Part shown: positions 13,952 through 28,394 of the stretch, piece after piece | Layout: every line of letters starts with the position of its first letter | How positions within the stretch are numbered: the first letter of the stretch is position 1 | Source of the DNA: Octopus vulgaris | Lineage: Eukaryota | DNA length: 64,000 nt | Assembly (NCBI GenBank): GCA_951406725.2 | Contig: OX597816.1 | Span: forward strand, 116,746,001-116,810,000 | Direction of reading: 5' to 3' | Made by a program: the position numbers and the translations under genes | The notes under the pieces: generated by a model | The model's database searches: none | The model's input: only the letters and a program-made list of their open reading frames with translations | Told to the model about the DNA's origin: nothing

Positions 13952-15780
13952 GTGTACTTTCACTGCTCTCCCAAACACAAGTCTATGCAGTTTGAGTAAG
14001 CATAGTGTTTTGTTTCGTTTTGTTGTTTCTACTGTATTGAAAGTACTCTATATAATATACCTTCAGTGCCCAGCAGAGCTATATTCTGTATGTTACACAT
14101 ATTTCTAGATTTGGGTGATGTATCTCTGTACATAGATCTCAATTATTCCCAAGGCATCCATTACTATAAGGATATTTTGTTTACACGCCCCCATATTTTG
14201 GTTATCTCTCTCCAGATCTTTGTAATTGTCTAATTTCTCCATTTCTTTTAAAGATACTTTCTCGTCTGTTGATATTGATTCTCCGATTAGGAGACATTTC
14301 CCTTCTTGGAGATTCTTGACAATACTTCCTTGATTAACCTTAATCTGCATGTGTGAGCATATCCTAGAGTACGGTGTTTGCTTGCCATTCTTGGTGAACT
14401 TTTCTGGTGTATGCTTACACCACCTCTTTTTTTTTTTCATAATGCTTGCTTATTTCGAAGCTAAGTTTGGGCAACCAGAAACAGTAGAAGTCACTGTTCT
14501 TCTCCATCTCCACAAATTCTACAATTGCTTCATTCTGCTTCGTTACACGTTTTTAATAGTTTCTAGCGAGGAGGATTTCATCATATGCCACAATCAAGAA
14601 CCCTTCATTCTCAACTCTGCATCTTGCTCTTTTCGCCAACTATTGTGGTTTTCCTTGTCTCCTTCCCTGATTAGCTTTTATCAGTTATAGGAGCTTTTCT
14701 TACTATCCGGGCTATTTCTTCTGTTATTATGGGTTTCTTTAATTGTTGAGATTGTGTGTTTCTTGCTTTGAGAAATCTTGTCTGAGATGATTTCTTCGCT
14801 TTCCATACTCCCCAAAATTCTTCAACTACTCTTACATTTCTTTTATTTTTTTTTTTTTACCTAGTTCTTGACAAAATCGTTTTAGATCGAAATCAAATAG
14901 TTCATTTTGTTCAAAGAAGTTAACAATTTTTCATTTTTTACACCGAAGGATATCTTCTTTCATGCGTTCATTGATTCCTGACACCATTTTTATATTTTAC
15001 TTTCAGTATATTAATTACATATTATATAAGTATTTCATATCATACCATTTTCATATTATGTTTATATTATACTAGTGATTGTCTTTCACTTTGTCTTTCT
15101 ATTATGTCATTTCACTATTGATTTCATTAAGGATTTTCTATCATTTTCTGTCTTTTTATGTATATTTGTTCTCATGTAGATGACTTGGGTTTTGAAGTTC
15201 TTTACTGAGTAGACCTAAAAGAATTCCCTCTTTGTTTTATAACAACAGTGGTTACTGCATACATTATTTCGTTTAGCCTGGTAATGCTGATGTTTGTATC
15301 TGTTTTAATTAAGTTTACAACGACAAATTTGTTTTTCTTATTTTTGTTGCTATTTTACTGACGAGTCTTATCCTTGGGAGGTACTCTCTTTAGTTCTTAG
15401 GAAGATCTTTTCTTTGTAATTCTTGAAATATTTTCACCTTTAGATTGTCATGTTCATGATTTCTACCTTTAGAATTTCTTATATATTTCTCGCGTTAACT
15501 TTTCTTCTTTTTTTTTTCTTTGGTACGGTTCGGTTTTTGTTGGTTAGTATTCTCTAGACGTTCCAGAATTTTACTTTCTGATTTACTTTATTTGTTTGCC
15601 CGTGTTCATTCTAACTTCGTGGTGTGCGTGCTCAGTGTTTTTATTTTTCATTTTGTTATTTTACATTCGTTGCTTGTGTTTTCGTGATGTATTTTACATG
15701 TTCATTTCGAATTGCTGATAATTTTTCGTATTAAGAATGTATCTACTTAGGCAAGCTAGTTTATTGTATCTATCGATACA
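13885..15780 (-). mobile_element. Decayed, internally deleted R4/Dong-type retrotransposon with (AAT)n tail
   Basis: RLE remnant KCLLIGESISTDEKVSLKEMEKLDNYKDLE...IVMDALGII and IALLGT. The tail is the 13885-13950 microsatellite. Confidence 0.75.
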
Positions 15781-15807
15781 TTTACATCCACGCTATTGCC
15801 CCTTCAG

Positions 15808-16015
15808 TGGAGGTGCATGGCTTAGCGATTAGGGTGTTGGTCTTATAATCGTAAGATTGTGGTTTCAATTCCTGGACTGGGCTACGCGCTGTGTTTTAGA
15901 GCAAAACATTTCATTTCACGTTGCTCTAATCAACTCAGCCGGCAAAAAGAGTAATCCAGTGTTCCGTTGAAGTAGGGAATATATACGCCATGGAAACCGG
16001 GAAACCGAGCCTATA
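15808..16015 (+). mobile_element. tRNA-derived SINE family C
   Basis: A-box-like tggcttagcga, B-box-like ggtttcaattcc; body matches 29668-29931. Confidence 0.8.
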
Positions 16016-16096
16016 AAACTTGAGAAGAAACTTTATCTTAATTGTCCTTTCAAATGCATTGTCGAAGTTTCGTTTCGGAATAAGACCAACGCTGTG

Positions 16097-16168
<72 letters not shown>

Positions 16169-17032
16169 GAGAGAGAGAGAGAGAGTAGAAACATATTCCT
16201 CTTGAGGTCATACCTTTTCTGCTTCATTTGCAAAATATTATGAGTAAACTTCAGCTTTTTATTAAGATTATCATCATTTTCGTCCAATGCTTATTTACTT
16301 GATGCCGAGCCATTTTGATTTTTCATTCCTTTTGTTTGTTGATAGCGAATTTAATCTGTTTGGTGTAGATGTGGAATGTATCCCGATAGTTGCTTTTAAA
16401 AAAATTTTGACATATTATGAGATTGCCAACAACTATAAACATTTGTAATAAAACAAATTACATATGGTACTAAATAATACATTTTGCAGTGTATTATTGA
16501 CTTAAGTAGTTAACCTTAATATTTTCCTCATTTTCTTCATTAGATTTGTTGTTTACAATCGTTGCTACTAAATATTTACAGAGCAATAAAATAACATTAT
16601 TGTAAAATTATCGAAATCTGCGGGAAAGTGGCGAACATGAACCGAATCAACGGGCCTACACTAAACATACACTTATTAGGCGGCAAATGATAGCTGATGG
16701 AACATCTGCCTTTAGTACTCAGGCTAATCTAAGAACTGTAGATTTTCCTGATTGGTCCTAATGTAGCTATCCCCACTATTGTGAACATTTCTTTGTTGCT
16801 TTTTTTTTTGTTGCCGCTTTTTGTTATAATTAATTTTACGAGCTTAAGTAACTCTCCCACATACACACACAAACACATACACACACAAACACACACAAAC
16901 ACATACACACACAAACACACACACACACTCTCACATAATGTGTTGTGCTCTGATCTTTGTACTGTTCTCATTTTCCTTGAGGCCGGATGGGCTGCAAAAG
17001 CATTATTACTACTATTATTATTCCAAGGGTAT

Positions 17033-17610
17033 AAGGCGGCAAGCTGACAGAATCGTTAGTGAAATGCTTAGCGATATTTCGCCCGTCGCTACGTTCTGAT
17101 TTCAAATTCCGCTGAGGTCATCTTTGTCTTCCATCCCATCGGGGTCAATAAAATAAGTACCAATTGCATACTGGGGGTCAAGCTAATCGACTGGCCCCCT
17201 CCTCTAAAATTTCAGGCCTTGTGCCTATAGTAGAAAGGATTATTCTAAGGGTATTCCGCCGAGGTCGACTTTGCCTTTCATCCTTTCGGAGTCGAGAAAT
17301 TAGGTACCAGTAAAACCATGGAGTCGATGTAATCGACTAATCCTCTTCCCCAAAAATTTCTGGCCTTGTGCCTTAAGTAGAAAAGATTATTATTCTAAGG
17401 GTAGCGAATTAGCAGGAAAATACCTTGCGAGGTTCTCACTCGGGTATATTACATTTTGAGTTAATATCCATCTAGCCCAAGGTCAATTTCGTCTTTTCAT
17501 CTCTCCGGGATTGATACAATAAATACTCAATTACTGGGGTTAATCGTATCGATTTACACCTTCCTTTCAAAAATTGCTGGTTAAATACCGAAATCAGAAG
17601 CTAGTATTTT
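17033..17610 (+). mobile_element. Cluster of SINE B copies (full copy, tandem 3' duplicate, older copy)
   Basis: Core and tail occur three times head-to-tail, joined by ttattctaagggta. Confidence 0.8.
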
Positions 17611-17783
17611 CTTTTTTATCTTTGTAATTATGTACCATTGCCATTGTAATTGTTTTTAAGAGATTATGAATAAGATTGTTCCACAAGATATATGAAAGAC
17701 ATTTTTGCTATTAGTTTACTCAGAGTCTGATACTTTCGTGCGTATAAGCAATTTATGTGTGTCAAAAGCAGACATCATATATT

Positions 17784-18170
17784 CTTTTCTACTCTAGGTA
17801 CAAGGCCCGAAATTTGGGGGGGAGGGGGCCATCGATTAGATTAACCCCAGTACGTAACTGGTACTTAATTTATCGATCCAGAAAGGATTAAAGGCAAAAT
17901 CGACCTCGGCGGAATTTGAACTCAGAACATAAAGACAGACGAAATATCTATTTCTTTACTGCCCACAAGGGGCTACACACAGAGGGGACAAACAAGGACA
18001 GACAAACGGATTAAGTCGTTTATATCGACCCCAGTACATAATTTATCGACGCCGAAAGGATGAAAGGCAAAGTCGACCTCGGCAGAATTTGAATTCAGAA
18101 CGTAGCGGCAGACGAAATACTGCTAAGTATTTTGCCCGGCATGCTAACATTTCTGCCAGCTCGCCACTTT
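17784..18170 (-). mobile_element. Dimeric SINE B with perfect 16-bp TSD
   Basis: Two cores in tandem. TSD gcagacatcatatatt at 17768-17783 and 18171-18186. Confidence 0.9.
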
Positions 18171-18333
18171 GCAGACATCATATATTAATGAAATGACCTT
18201 AGCAACAATGTAGGATGTATTTGGTTGGACGTATTACAACGCACTTCCTGGGCGGCAATGTTAGTGCTTTAACAACAAAATGAAAACCTTTTCCGTTCAT
18301 CTTTACTACGAGATCTATGTACATACATAAACA

Positions 18334-18393
<60 letters not shown>

Positions 18394-18646
18394 AACACAC
18401 ATACATAGAGAGATAAATAGGGAGAGAGACAGAGAGAGAGAGATGTGTGTGTGTGCATACACACAACACAGATATACATAAACTTTTATAGGTAAATACA
18501 CATGAATGTCTGTGAGTGTGTGTGAGTGTGCACAAACATAATTTACGTGACTGTACACATACACACATATATATATGTATGTATGTATGTATGTATCTAT
18601 CTATCTATCTATGCATGCATGTATGTAATTATATATGTATGCATGA

Positions 18647-18792
<146 letters not shown>

Positions 18793-19639
18793 TGTGTTAT
18801 ATACACAAGAACACGGCGATAACTTCAGGCAGTACGTGTTGCAAGACTTTGTATTCCAAATTCTAAAAGACATATAATAACTTCGATTAATGTCTAGACT
18901 TTAAAAGTGTAAAATTTTCAATTTTCCGAAATACCTTACGGAAAAAATGTATGAAAATGGACGTAAGTAAAACAGGAAATTAATAAATTTGAAGCAGCAT
19001 AGACACAAGACAAGTAGACTGGAGAAGAAGCAAACGGTCGATATAATCGACCCCAGCACTGATTGGAACTTTATTTTAACAACTCCTGGGCGATGAAAGC
19101 AAAGTTGACATCATTGGATTCAGAATCCAGAATGTAAAATCACGAAACATATACTACTAGATATTTTTTCGACGCTGTGGCGATTTCATCAATCCGAACA
19201 TTCATACACATAAAATACGAAATATTATGGCAAATCGGTTACTAAACTTATGACGATGGGAAGATTAGTTGCTTATAAACGGGGACATGAGTGTAAGTTG
19301 TTATCAATTAAATATAGGGACGAGTAAAAAAATGTATGTAGAACATACGAACATTTCACTGAATAAAACGCAATATATAATAAAACACGCAATAAATGTT
19401 TTAAAATTTAGGCACAAGACAAACAGTTTTAGGGGAGTGAGATAAGTCGATTACAAAAACTCCCAATGTTCAACTGGTACTTATTTTATCAAGTCCGAAA
19501 GGATAAAAGCAAAGTCGATCTCTGCAAAAACTGAACATAAAGAGCTGGAAGAAATGCCACTAAGCATTTTGGCTGTCAAGCTAACGATTCTGCCCTAACG
19601 CTAATTAAAACAAGATATTATTAACTTAAGAAATCTACT

Positions 19640-20290
19640 TTTGTTGACTAAGGAACCCCCAATGCCCAGATTATACGCATAATCTTTGAAAACAGACAAG
19701 GCCTGCATCGTCTGAAAATGCTCAAATACTACCCAGACTGGGTGGCGTTCAGCCAGTTACACTTCTATCACATGCCTCCACATCCTTTCGCCTCCTTTTA
19801 TATCTAACACTGGCACCCGCTTCTACCTTCTTACATTCATTCTACCTTCTTACATTCACACACATTTAAGAATTACACATACACATGAACACACCACGCC
19901 TCCCACTAGGCCACACCATTATACAGTAACACCTGCATATCTTAGCACACATGCGCACATCAAAACACCACGCACACAGAACTTCACCCTTATGCTCATC
20001 TAAAACACTGATACATTCAACACCTCCTCCTCGTATCGTAACTTTTTCCCATAGAGCCACTTTCCTACTTGGCCCTTAAACCTTTGCCTATTTTTATTGA
20101 ACGTTTTTAGGGCTTTTTTTCTTTTTCTTCTCTTCTGCCGTTCTTTCCCCTTTCACATTCATCTTATGCTTTTTCCTATATTTTTCTTCTGAAGAAGCAA
20201 TAGTGTCCGAAACGTTAACACTCTTCCCTTTCTTTTTAAACTTATACAATATCTATTAAAACTTGTCTCTCCTATGTCATTGTCATTTTC
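19640..20290 (+). mobile_element. Decayed retroelement 3' region, probably Penelope-like
   Basis: C/A-rich body, a pyrimidine tract, then CTGAAGA...CGAAACGTT hammerhead-like core at 20189-20216. Confidence 0.35.
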
Positions 20291-20867
20291 TTTTTTGCTT
20301 TTGTTCATTGCATTCACAATACACATACACACACATATATACATATACACACACACACACATATATTTATTTGCATATATATGTATGTGTATGTATGCGC
20401 GCGTGTATGTATGTGCAGCCATAGAGGTTGAATATACTATACACAGAGATTGTGGATTCTATTAGCAATTTAAAATCAAGAGAAACCAAACCTAGACAAA
20501 ATATTTTAAATATTTGAAAAAAAATTAAGTATTTTAAAACAAGGGAAAGTCTAGGTACACATGCATCATACATATATATAACAAGAGGATATATATATAT
20601 ATACACAAAAACAACGAAATACATACATTTATATGTACGCATATACAAGCACACACACACATAAACATATATACATATGTATTCATTTGTGCGTGTGTAT
20701 GTGTGTGTTTCTATCTGTATATATCCATGGATAATTGCGTTGATTCACACCTATATATAAGCATATAAATAATTATACATAAATGTATGTCTATGTCTAT
20801 ATAAATACATATCTACATGAATAGATATATATGCACACATATATATATATAAACGTATGTATATATA

Positions 20868-20903
<36 letters not shown>

Positions 20904-21364
20904 TGTATGTATGTATGTATGTATGTATGTATGTATGTATAGGTATGTGCATGTATATATACATAGATATATGTATGTATATATATATATATAAGTGTGT
21001 GCGTGTGTGTGTGTGTAAAGTCAATAATTACATTAATTCAAGATCAAAACACTTAACAATTTTCAAATCTAGTAACATTTCTGAAATTTCAATTATTAGC
21101 AATACAAAAAAAAAAATGCATACACACACAGCTTTAAGTTCTTCAGATCGGAGAGAAAGAAAGAATAATGAATGAATGAATGAACGAATGATTAAAATGA
21201 ATGAATGACTGAATGAATGAATGAACATAATAAAAAAATGATACAAAAAATATAATGAAAAGCTAGATGTTTCTAAGTGAAATGTTTAGGAGTTGTTACC
21301 AAAAACTTTAAGAAACAGAAGAAACCAGGTTTATATGAAGAATCAATGGTTTGTTATATTTTAC

Positions 21365-21412
21365 CTCCTCTTTGGCAATAGATTCAATTCTATTATAGTA
21401 TAAATGCTGTTT
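21365..21412 (-). CDS. Candidate 48-nt symmetric exon (KQHLYYNRIESIAKEE in phase 0)
   Basis: Acceptor ttgttttgttttatttcAG, donor gag|GTAAAA. Open in phases 0 and 2. Confidence 0.3.
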
Positions 21413-21925
21413 CTGAAATAAAACAAAACAACTTAGATTAAAATTACATAAATTATAAATATAAACATAAACAATATGTAAAATTAGAAACAAATACTGA
21501 TAAACAAATAATACAACAAAAAATGGTTAAATCTTCCATTAAAGAAAATGTTGTTCTCTCAGCTCCTTTCCGACACCACTTAAATCTACTGCCAGTTCTA
21601 AGTGTTAGACCTTGTTCAGTGCAAGATTTATTGGTGTAAGTCACAAGTTTAATTGAAAATTAAAAATTATTTATAAACAATACCTAAAAATTTCTTTATA
21701 TATTATTTTGCTTTAATGCAAGAACATTGAAACCTTGGAAATATCGAAAAGCAATTAGCTTAAAATAACAAATCGTTTTGAGAAAATTTGATTTCTGGTT
21801 TCCAAATAAGAAAAATAGGTTAAGGAAAATATATTTTTAAAACATCCAAGATTTTCCACATTTAAAGCTCAAACTGATCCAATCATTACATATAACATAT
21901 GTGTATACACACACACACACACACG

Positions 21926-21972
<47 letters not shown>

Positions 21973-22697
21973 GCACATAAATGTATGCACACGTTTATAT
22001 ATATATACATATATGTATATATACTTATAAAAGTATATATACATATATGTATGCATATGTATATATATTAATGCACGTAGATATTAAATGTTAATGTTTG
22101 TTTTAAGTATAGTTATATGTAAAAAATAACGCACAAACATAAATTGAAGTATCACTCGATACTTTTAAGCAGAGTATGGTGTATAGTTTATTTTTACAAA
22201 GAAAGGTGAGACAGTAACTTCGAAATTCCAATTTAGACGTTTTCGGTAGATATATTTGGGAATTTGAGCAAAAGAAATTCAAGACACTATGAAACTTTTG
22301 ATTGCAAAAATATAAAATAATGATACGTGTGTGTTTGAGCGTATTTGAGCGTGTTTGTGTGTGTGTATGTGTGTGTGTGTCTGTGTCTGTGTGTCTGTGT
22401 GTGTGTGTATGTATGTATGTGTGTATGCTGTGTTTGTGTGTGTTGTGTGCGCGTGTGCGTGTGCACGTTTGTATAATTATTCATATTATTCATTATTCAT
22501 ACATGTTTTATATGTGAGTATATACATATACATACATATATATATATATAGAGAGAGAGAGGTACAAAAAATTTAGGGTGAATACTTGATAACTGTAAGC
22601 ACCTGTATATGCCAGTTAGTGGTGTAGGTGATAGGTTATATCACCTACAGATCAACCAGGGCCCTCTGACAAGATCCTTCCCTTTGTTAAGAGAAGT

Positions 22698-23457
22698 GTG
22701 GAGGATGATCCTCGTTGCAAGGCCTCTGACATAGAACAAGTTGATGTCAGTCTCAGAACAGCTGTCAGGTATCTCTACAAACTTGGTTACTATGGCAGAA
22801 CAGCAAGAAGGAAGCTACTTTATCGACCAGCCAACATCAAGCGGAGAAAAGATTGGGCCAGTGTGATGGTGGAGAAGCTACTAGCATTTTGGGACACTGT
22901 CATATTCTCTGGCGAGTTCAGATTTGCTGTATTTTCTGACAGTGGTCGAGTATGGGTCTGAAGTTTGCAGCCAACAATGAAACACGGCGGATATTCTGTG
23001 ATGGTCTGGGGAACAATTTGGAGCAATGGTTGATCAGAGTTGGTGGAGTGTGAGGGAAACATAAACTCAGATAAATATGTGTCCATATTGCAGAATGGAC
23101 TCCTTGTAATCTTCTCCAGTGATGCAATGATTAAAGAAGACTTTTTTATTTATGGAAAATGGGACTCCTTGACCTACAGCTAAAATGACCCAAGATTTGT
23201 TGGATAAGAATGGCATTCAAAAGCTCCCATGGCCAAGCCAGTCACTATATATGAACCCTATTGAATACCTCTGGGAGATAATGGACTGGACACTTCATAA
23301 AAAGAACAAGAAAGCATCTTCAAAGCCAGATCTTTTGAGATTACTGCATGAAACTTGACAAGAAATTCCACAATAGAATATTCGTCATCTGATCAGTAAC
23401 ATGCCTAATAGGGTCCTTGCATTGGAAAATACAAAGGACATGTCTACTAAATATTAA
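22698..23457 (+). pseudogene. Tc1-family transposase pseudogene (element spans about 22556-23562)
   Basis: Motifs ARRKLL, WDTVIFSGEFRF (FSDE), KHGGYSVMVWG, WPSQSLYMNPIEYLW (SPDLNPIE) and terminal TKY*. Catalytic Asp residues mutated; multiple stops. Confidence 0.92.
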
Positions 23458-23606
23458 ATATCTACATTATAACAATTAATAAATAATTTGAATGTATAAT
23501 TTCAGATTTAAATCAATTTTAATGATTATAAGGGTGTTTATTTACTTCTGTCATGTCTATGTATGTATGTATGAAAGCTTAATCTATACACAATCATATA
23601 CACCCC

Positions 23607-23685
<79 letters not shown>

Positions 23686-23972
23686 GGAGAGAGAGAGAGA
23701 GAGAGAGAGAGTAGTGGTGCAACAAAGCACAAATGTTTACTGGAAATAGCAGTCGCTACATTTACAACGCTATAGTAAATCTTCAATGTGTATATACTGG
23801 CAAAGACGTGTGAGAGCAACAAATATGAAAAATTTTGTTTTGCCACTAGGAAGAACATTGTATAAATGGATAAATGGACAACCCAGAATCGGATAATCTA
23901 GCACCTAGGTTTCAGACTCTTCAAATATGTTTGTCATCGTAAATTTGATTAGTCTTCATCAGTTGGATTTAC

Positions 23973-24119
23973 CTGGGCAATATTTCAAATGTTGCTACAC
24001 CAATGCCAGTATACTCGCCTGAACGCTTAGCCGTCAACAGACCGAGAACAGGGAAAAACTTTTCAATGAAAAATAAAATATTGCAATACAAATGTATTGC
24101 TTTCCAGTAAAATAAAGCA
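23973..24119 (-). CDS. Candidate 147-nt symmetric exon ALFYWKAIHLYCNILFFIEKFFPVLGLLTAKRSGEYTGIGVATFEILP
   Basis: Acceptor cctttacAG, donor cag|GTAAAT. Open in one frame only (phase 2-2). No recognised homology. Confidence 0.25.
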
Positions 24120-24155
24120 CTGTAAAGGTGTGTATATATATATATATATATGTAT

Positions 24156-24512
24156 AGGCGCGGCTGTGTGGTAAGACGCTTGCTTCCCAATCACATGGTT
24201 CCGGGTTCAGTCCCACTGTGTGGCACCTTGGGTAAGTGCCAACCAAACCCTTGTAAGTGGATTTGGTAGGCGGAAACTGAAAGAAACCTGTCGTGAGCGC
24301 GCGTGCGTGTGTGTGTGTCGTACCATCGCTTGACAACTGGTGTTGGTGTGTTTATGTCCCCGTTGCACAGCGGTTCGACAAAAATCAGAACGATAGAATA
24401 AGTACCTTGATTATAAGAAAAAATAATGGGGTCAGTTCATTCGACTAAAAGGGCAGTCCCCAAGTATGGCCGCTGTCCAATGACTGAAACAAGTAAAAGA
24501 AGGATAAAAGAA
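24156..24512 (+). mobile_element. SINE family A
   Basis: Head ggctgtgtggtaag...gggttcagtccc, tail aatgactgaaacaagtaaaaga. Confidence 0.88.
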
Positions 24513-24548
24513 ATATTACTAAACAACACTGCATAAGCTGCTATATTG

Positions 24549-24718
24549 CACTAGTTCCCAAACTTTTCACTATCAATGACCACCTTTTTTTTAAATAAAT
24601 GAGTTTTCCCACGGGCCCCAGAATATTGAAAGGTCTGTCAGCTTAACATGTTCCCGGACCCCCAGTACTATCTTTGCGGACCACCAGGGGTCCGCAGACC
24701 ACAGGCTTGAAACCATTG
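24549..24718. mobile_element. hAT (Charlie-like) MITE
   Basis: Termini cactagttcccaaac / gcttgaaaccattg (CAGTGGTT-type TIR). 8-bp TSD ctatattg/ctatatag. Confidence 0.75.
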
Positions 24719-25227
24719 CTATATAGGAACGCACCAAACAATGCCTGTCTACTCTATGCCATACAAACACGACATACTATAACATACACACACACACACG
24801 AGCACTCTACGCAAAACAAACGTTGCATCCCCTCTCATTACACTACATTTCACATCACACCCTTCTCGCACATCAGCTGTGCCTTACTAATAATAAACAC
24901 AACATTACAAAACAACCAATTAACACCTTAGCAAATAATACCTCACCGCACCACATAATAGCAAACCATAATACCCCATAGTCAACCCTCAGCCCTGCCT
25001 TACGTTCATTCCATCCAAACCCGCCCACCAAAGAACTCCGAACCGGTAAAACATCACAACCACACATTGTGAAAGCACTAATGTTTAACCCTAAAATTTG
25101 CTGGTACGAAATTAGTGTGAGAGAAGAGTCTATTTTCGTTTTTAACATCCTTTTGTTCTTATTTATTATTATCATTAAGACATATATACATACATATATA
25201 TATATATATATATACATATATACATAC

Positions 25228-25258
<31 letters not shown>

Positions 25259-25977
25259 TATATATATACAACCATATATACATATATACATATGTACACA
25301 CATTCATGCATGCATACATCTATACATGCGTACGTATGTATGTATATATGTGTGGGTGTGCTTGTGTGTATATGAGTGTATGTGTGTGTGTGTGTATTCT
25401 TTTTTTTTTTTTTAATATGAAGCAAACCAGCCTATTAAGCATCTCAAACAGATTGGCTCATTTTCGACTGAGATACCAGCAGAGATCTTTCATGTCCATT
25501 ATTCCTCAGCCTGTCTTCTATTGCCGCATGTTTTTACACTGCTTGTGAGGCATAATTACTGAAAGGAAATCACACGAGAAGAAAGAAGCATCAAGATAAA
25601 AAGAATTAGCGAGGGTCGAACATATGGACTGTGTTAGATTTGCTCTTAGCTATGTGCACACAACATACACACGCGCACACACATTCTCTCTCTCCTTCTT
25701 TCTCTCTCTCTCTTTCACCAACCCACACACACGTGTATATATGCATATATGTTATATACGGGATACACACATACAATTGTGAGAGATTGTATATGTGTGA
25801 ACGACTGTTGTAGATTAGAAGCGCTGTCCACTCATCAACACTTCTCACTTCATGTGTGTCCTCTGCATCTTTGCCGCATTCAGCTAACCAAACATACATA
25901 CATGCGCATACAAACACGCACGGGCTTGTGTATGCCAAAACGTAAATACACACACACACATATATACATATAGGTAT

Positions 25978-26008
<31 letters not shown>

Positions 26009-26013
26009 GTATG

Positions 26014-26060
<47 letters not shown>

Positions 26061-26487
26061 ACGTACATGTATATATACATATGCATGCATACACAAATGT
26101 AAGTATATATATATATATATATATAGTCTGTACACACACAACACACATGCGCACGCACACACATATATATACACACACACATACACTTGGGAACGAACGC
26201 ACACGTACATATATAGACATTCTAATGATATCCGGAGCCTTTGGATTCTGTGACGGACACAGGGAAAAAAAAAGTGTGTGTGATTAGAACAGCTTTCCAC
26301 TCGTTACATCTCCCTCTTCTTGCCCTCTGCCTCCTTCTCTTTCTCTATATTTATCTTTCTGGGAAAGTGTGTGTGAGAGAGAGAGAGAGAGAGAAGAGAA
26401 AAGAGGGAGAGTAATGTAGTAATAAGAAGAAAATCAACTTTGTAGTGACCTTTCTTTTCTCCCTCCAAGAGTGAGAAATAAATGTGT

Positions 26488-26551
<64 letters not shown>

Positions 26552-26935
26552 GCATATATCTATGCACGTGTGTAAGAATGAGTGTGGCTAAACCGGACAA
26601 TCTGGAATGTTCCATTGTAAACAGTATAAGTTTCTTACAAGTCTCCTCTAACTTGCAATAAGTCCGTTTACTTTGTCTGTATAACTATGATGACTACAAC
26701 CTCCGCATGCTTGGTCACACAACCTGCTAGAAATAGCAACAACACCATATTTCCCTTCCGCAGGAAAATCACACATCAAGATCTTTAAAAAAAAAGACAC
26801 ATTGAATAATACGTTGTTCTGTAAGAAGATATAAAAAAACGGAGTGGTGTTTTAATCATCATGTCTAAGACTATTCTGGGGCATGACTTTTGATTATAGG
26901 GGTAGTCAATTAGAGCTGACCTAGTGATAATCGTG

Positions 26936-27268
26936 AAGGCGCATGGCTCAGTAGTTAGAGCTTCGAGCTTACGATCGTGAGGTTGTGAGTTCGAAACCCG
27001 GACCGGACTGCGTGCTGTGTTCTTGAGCAAGACACTTTATTTCACGTTGCTCCAGTTCGCTCAGCTGTAGAAATGAGTTGTGACGTCACTGGTGCCAAGC
27101 TGTATCGGTCTTTGCCTTTCCCTTGGATAACATCGGTGGTGTGGACAGGGGAGGCTGGTATGCATGGGCGATTGCTGGTCTTCCATAAACAACTTTGCCC
27201 GGACTTGTGCCGGGGAGAGTAACTTTCTAGGTGCAATCCCATGGTCATTCATGACCGAAGGGGGTCTC
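26936..27268 (+). mobile_element. SINE family C, well preserved
   Basis: A-box tggctcagtagt, B-box gttcgaaacc, CORE-like ttgagcaagacacttt segment. The 3' part differs from the 29668 copy. Confidence 0.85.
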
Positions 27269-27309
27269 AGCAGTGATAAACAACAACGATAGAAACAATG
27301 CTAATAATG

Positions 27310-27922
27310 GTTTCAAATTTTGGCACAAGGATGGCAATTTCAGAGGAGGGGTAAATCGATTATATTGACTCCAGTGTTCAACTGGTACTTGCTTTATCGG
27401 CCTCCGAAAGGATGAAAGGAAAATTCGACTTCGGCGGAATTTGAACCCAGGATGTAAAGATGGACAAAATGCTGTTAAGTATCTTGTTCGGTGTGCTAAC
27501 GATTCTTATTTCTTTATTGCCTACAAAGGGGCTAAACATAGAGGGACAAATAAGGACCGACAAAGGTATTAAGTCGATTACATCGACCCCAGTGCGTAAC
27601 TGGTACTTAATTTATCGACCCCGAAAGGATTAAAGGCAAAGTCGGCCTCGGCGGAATTTGAACTCAGAACGTAAAGACAGACGAAATACCTATTTCTTTA
27701 CTACCCACAAGGGGCTAAACACAGAAGGGACAAACACGGACAGACAAACGGATTAAGTCGATTATATGGACCCCAGTGCGTAACTGGTACTTAATTCTTC
27801 GACCCCGAAAGGATGAAAGGCAAAGTCGACCTCGGCGGAATTTGAACTCAGAACGTAGCGGCAGACGAAATACCGCTAAGCATTTCGTCCGGCATGCTAA
27901 CGTTTCTGCCAGCTCGCCGCCT
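27310..27922 (-). mobile_element. Dimeric SINE B (about 27505-27922) adjoining an older monomer
   Basis: Three cores; 184-bp period between the two younger units. Confidence 0.9.
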
Positions 27923-28394
27923 TAGCAACACTATTAATATCATTATTATCAGCTACAATACTTCATGTCCTTGGCCATACAGCCTAAAACAAACTTAAGA
28001 ACTAAACAGCATCTTTCCACATGGTTGGGGATAGAATGGCAGTACTTATGATTATAATTTCAAAGTCTCACAGACAGATGAGAGGAAGAGAGAAAGTTAT
28101 CATCAAACTGGGGACCTGACCCGAATGTTCGCAGCAATTTGGACAAGTGCTTTCTAAGAGGAATGGGTACGCTGGTCAGTTTTCCAGAACTTCTACGTGT
28201 CCATGGGCCCAATTCTGATCTATGTATGTTGGGGTTTGCTGTCAGTAAATACTATAGGGCCCAGTGCATTGATTTGATTGAGGTGCTAAGACGGTTTTTG
28301 TGCGAGACCCTGTTAAAGTCATCCTAGGACTAGGAGATAATGTTACACCAGGTGATGGTTTGTTTATATAGATCAACTGTTAATGTATTCATAA

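Noticed and set aside
16214-16400. Minus-strand segment ending in donor aag|GTATGA
   Set aside because: Stops occur in all frames upstream and there is no clear acceptor; at best a UTR exon.
23741-23897. Hydrophobic minus-strand open frame next to the 23973-24119 candidate
   Set aside because: Phase is incompatible with its neighbour and the acceptor is weak.
26936-27010. tRNA gene-like sequence with A and B boxes
   Set aside because: It continues into a SINE body and lacks a paired acceptor stem, so it is a SINE head.
27310-27922. CRISPR-like regularly spaced repeats (also 63583-63895)
   Set aside because: Whole units repeat with no unique spacers, the context is eukaryotic, and there are no cas genes.
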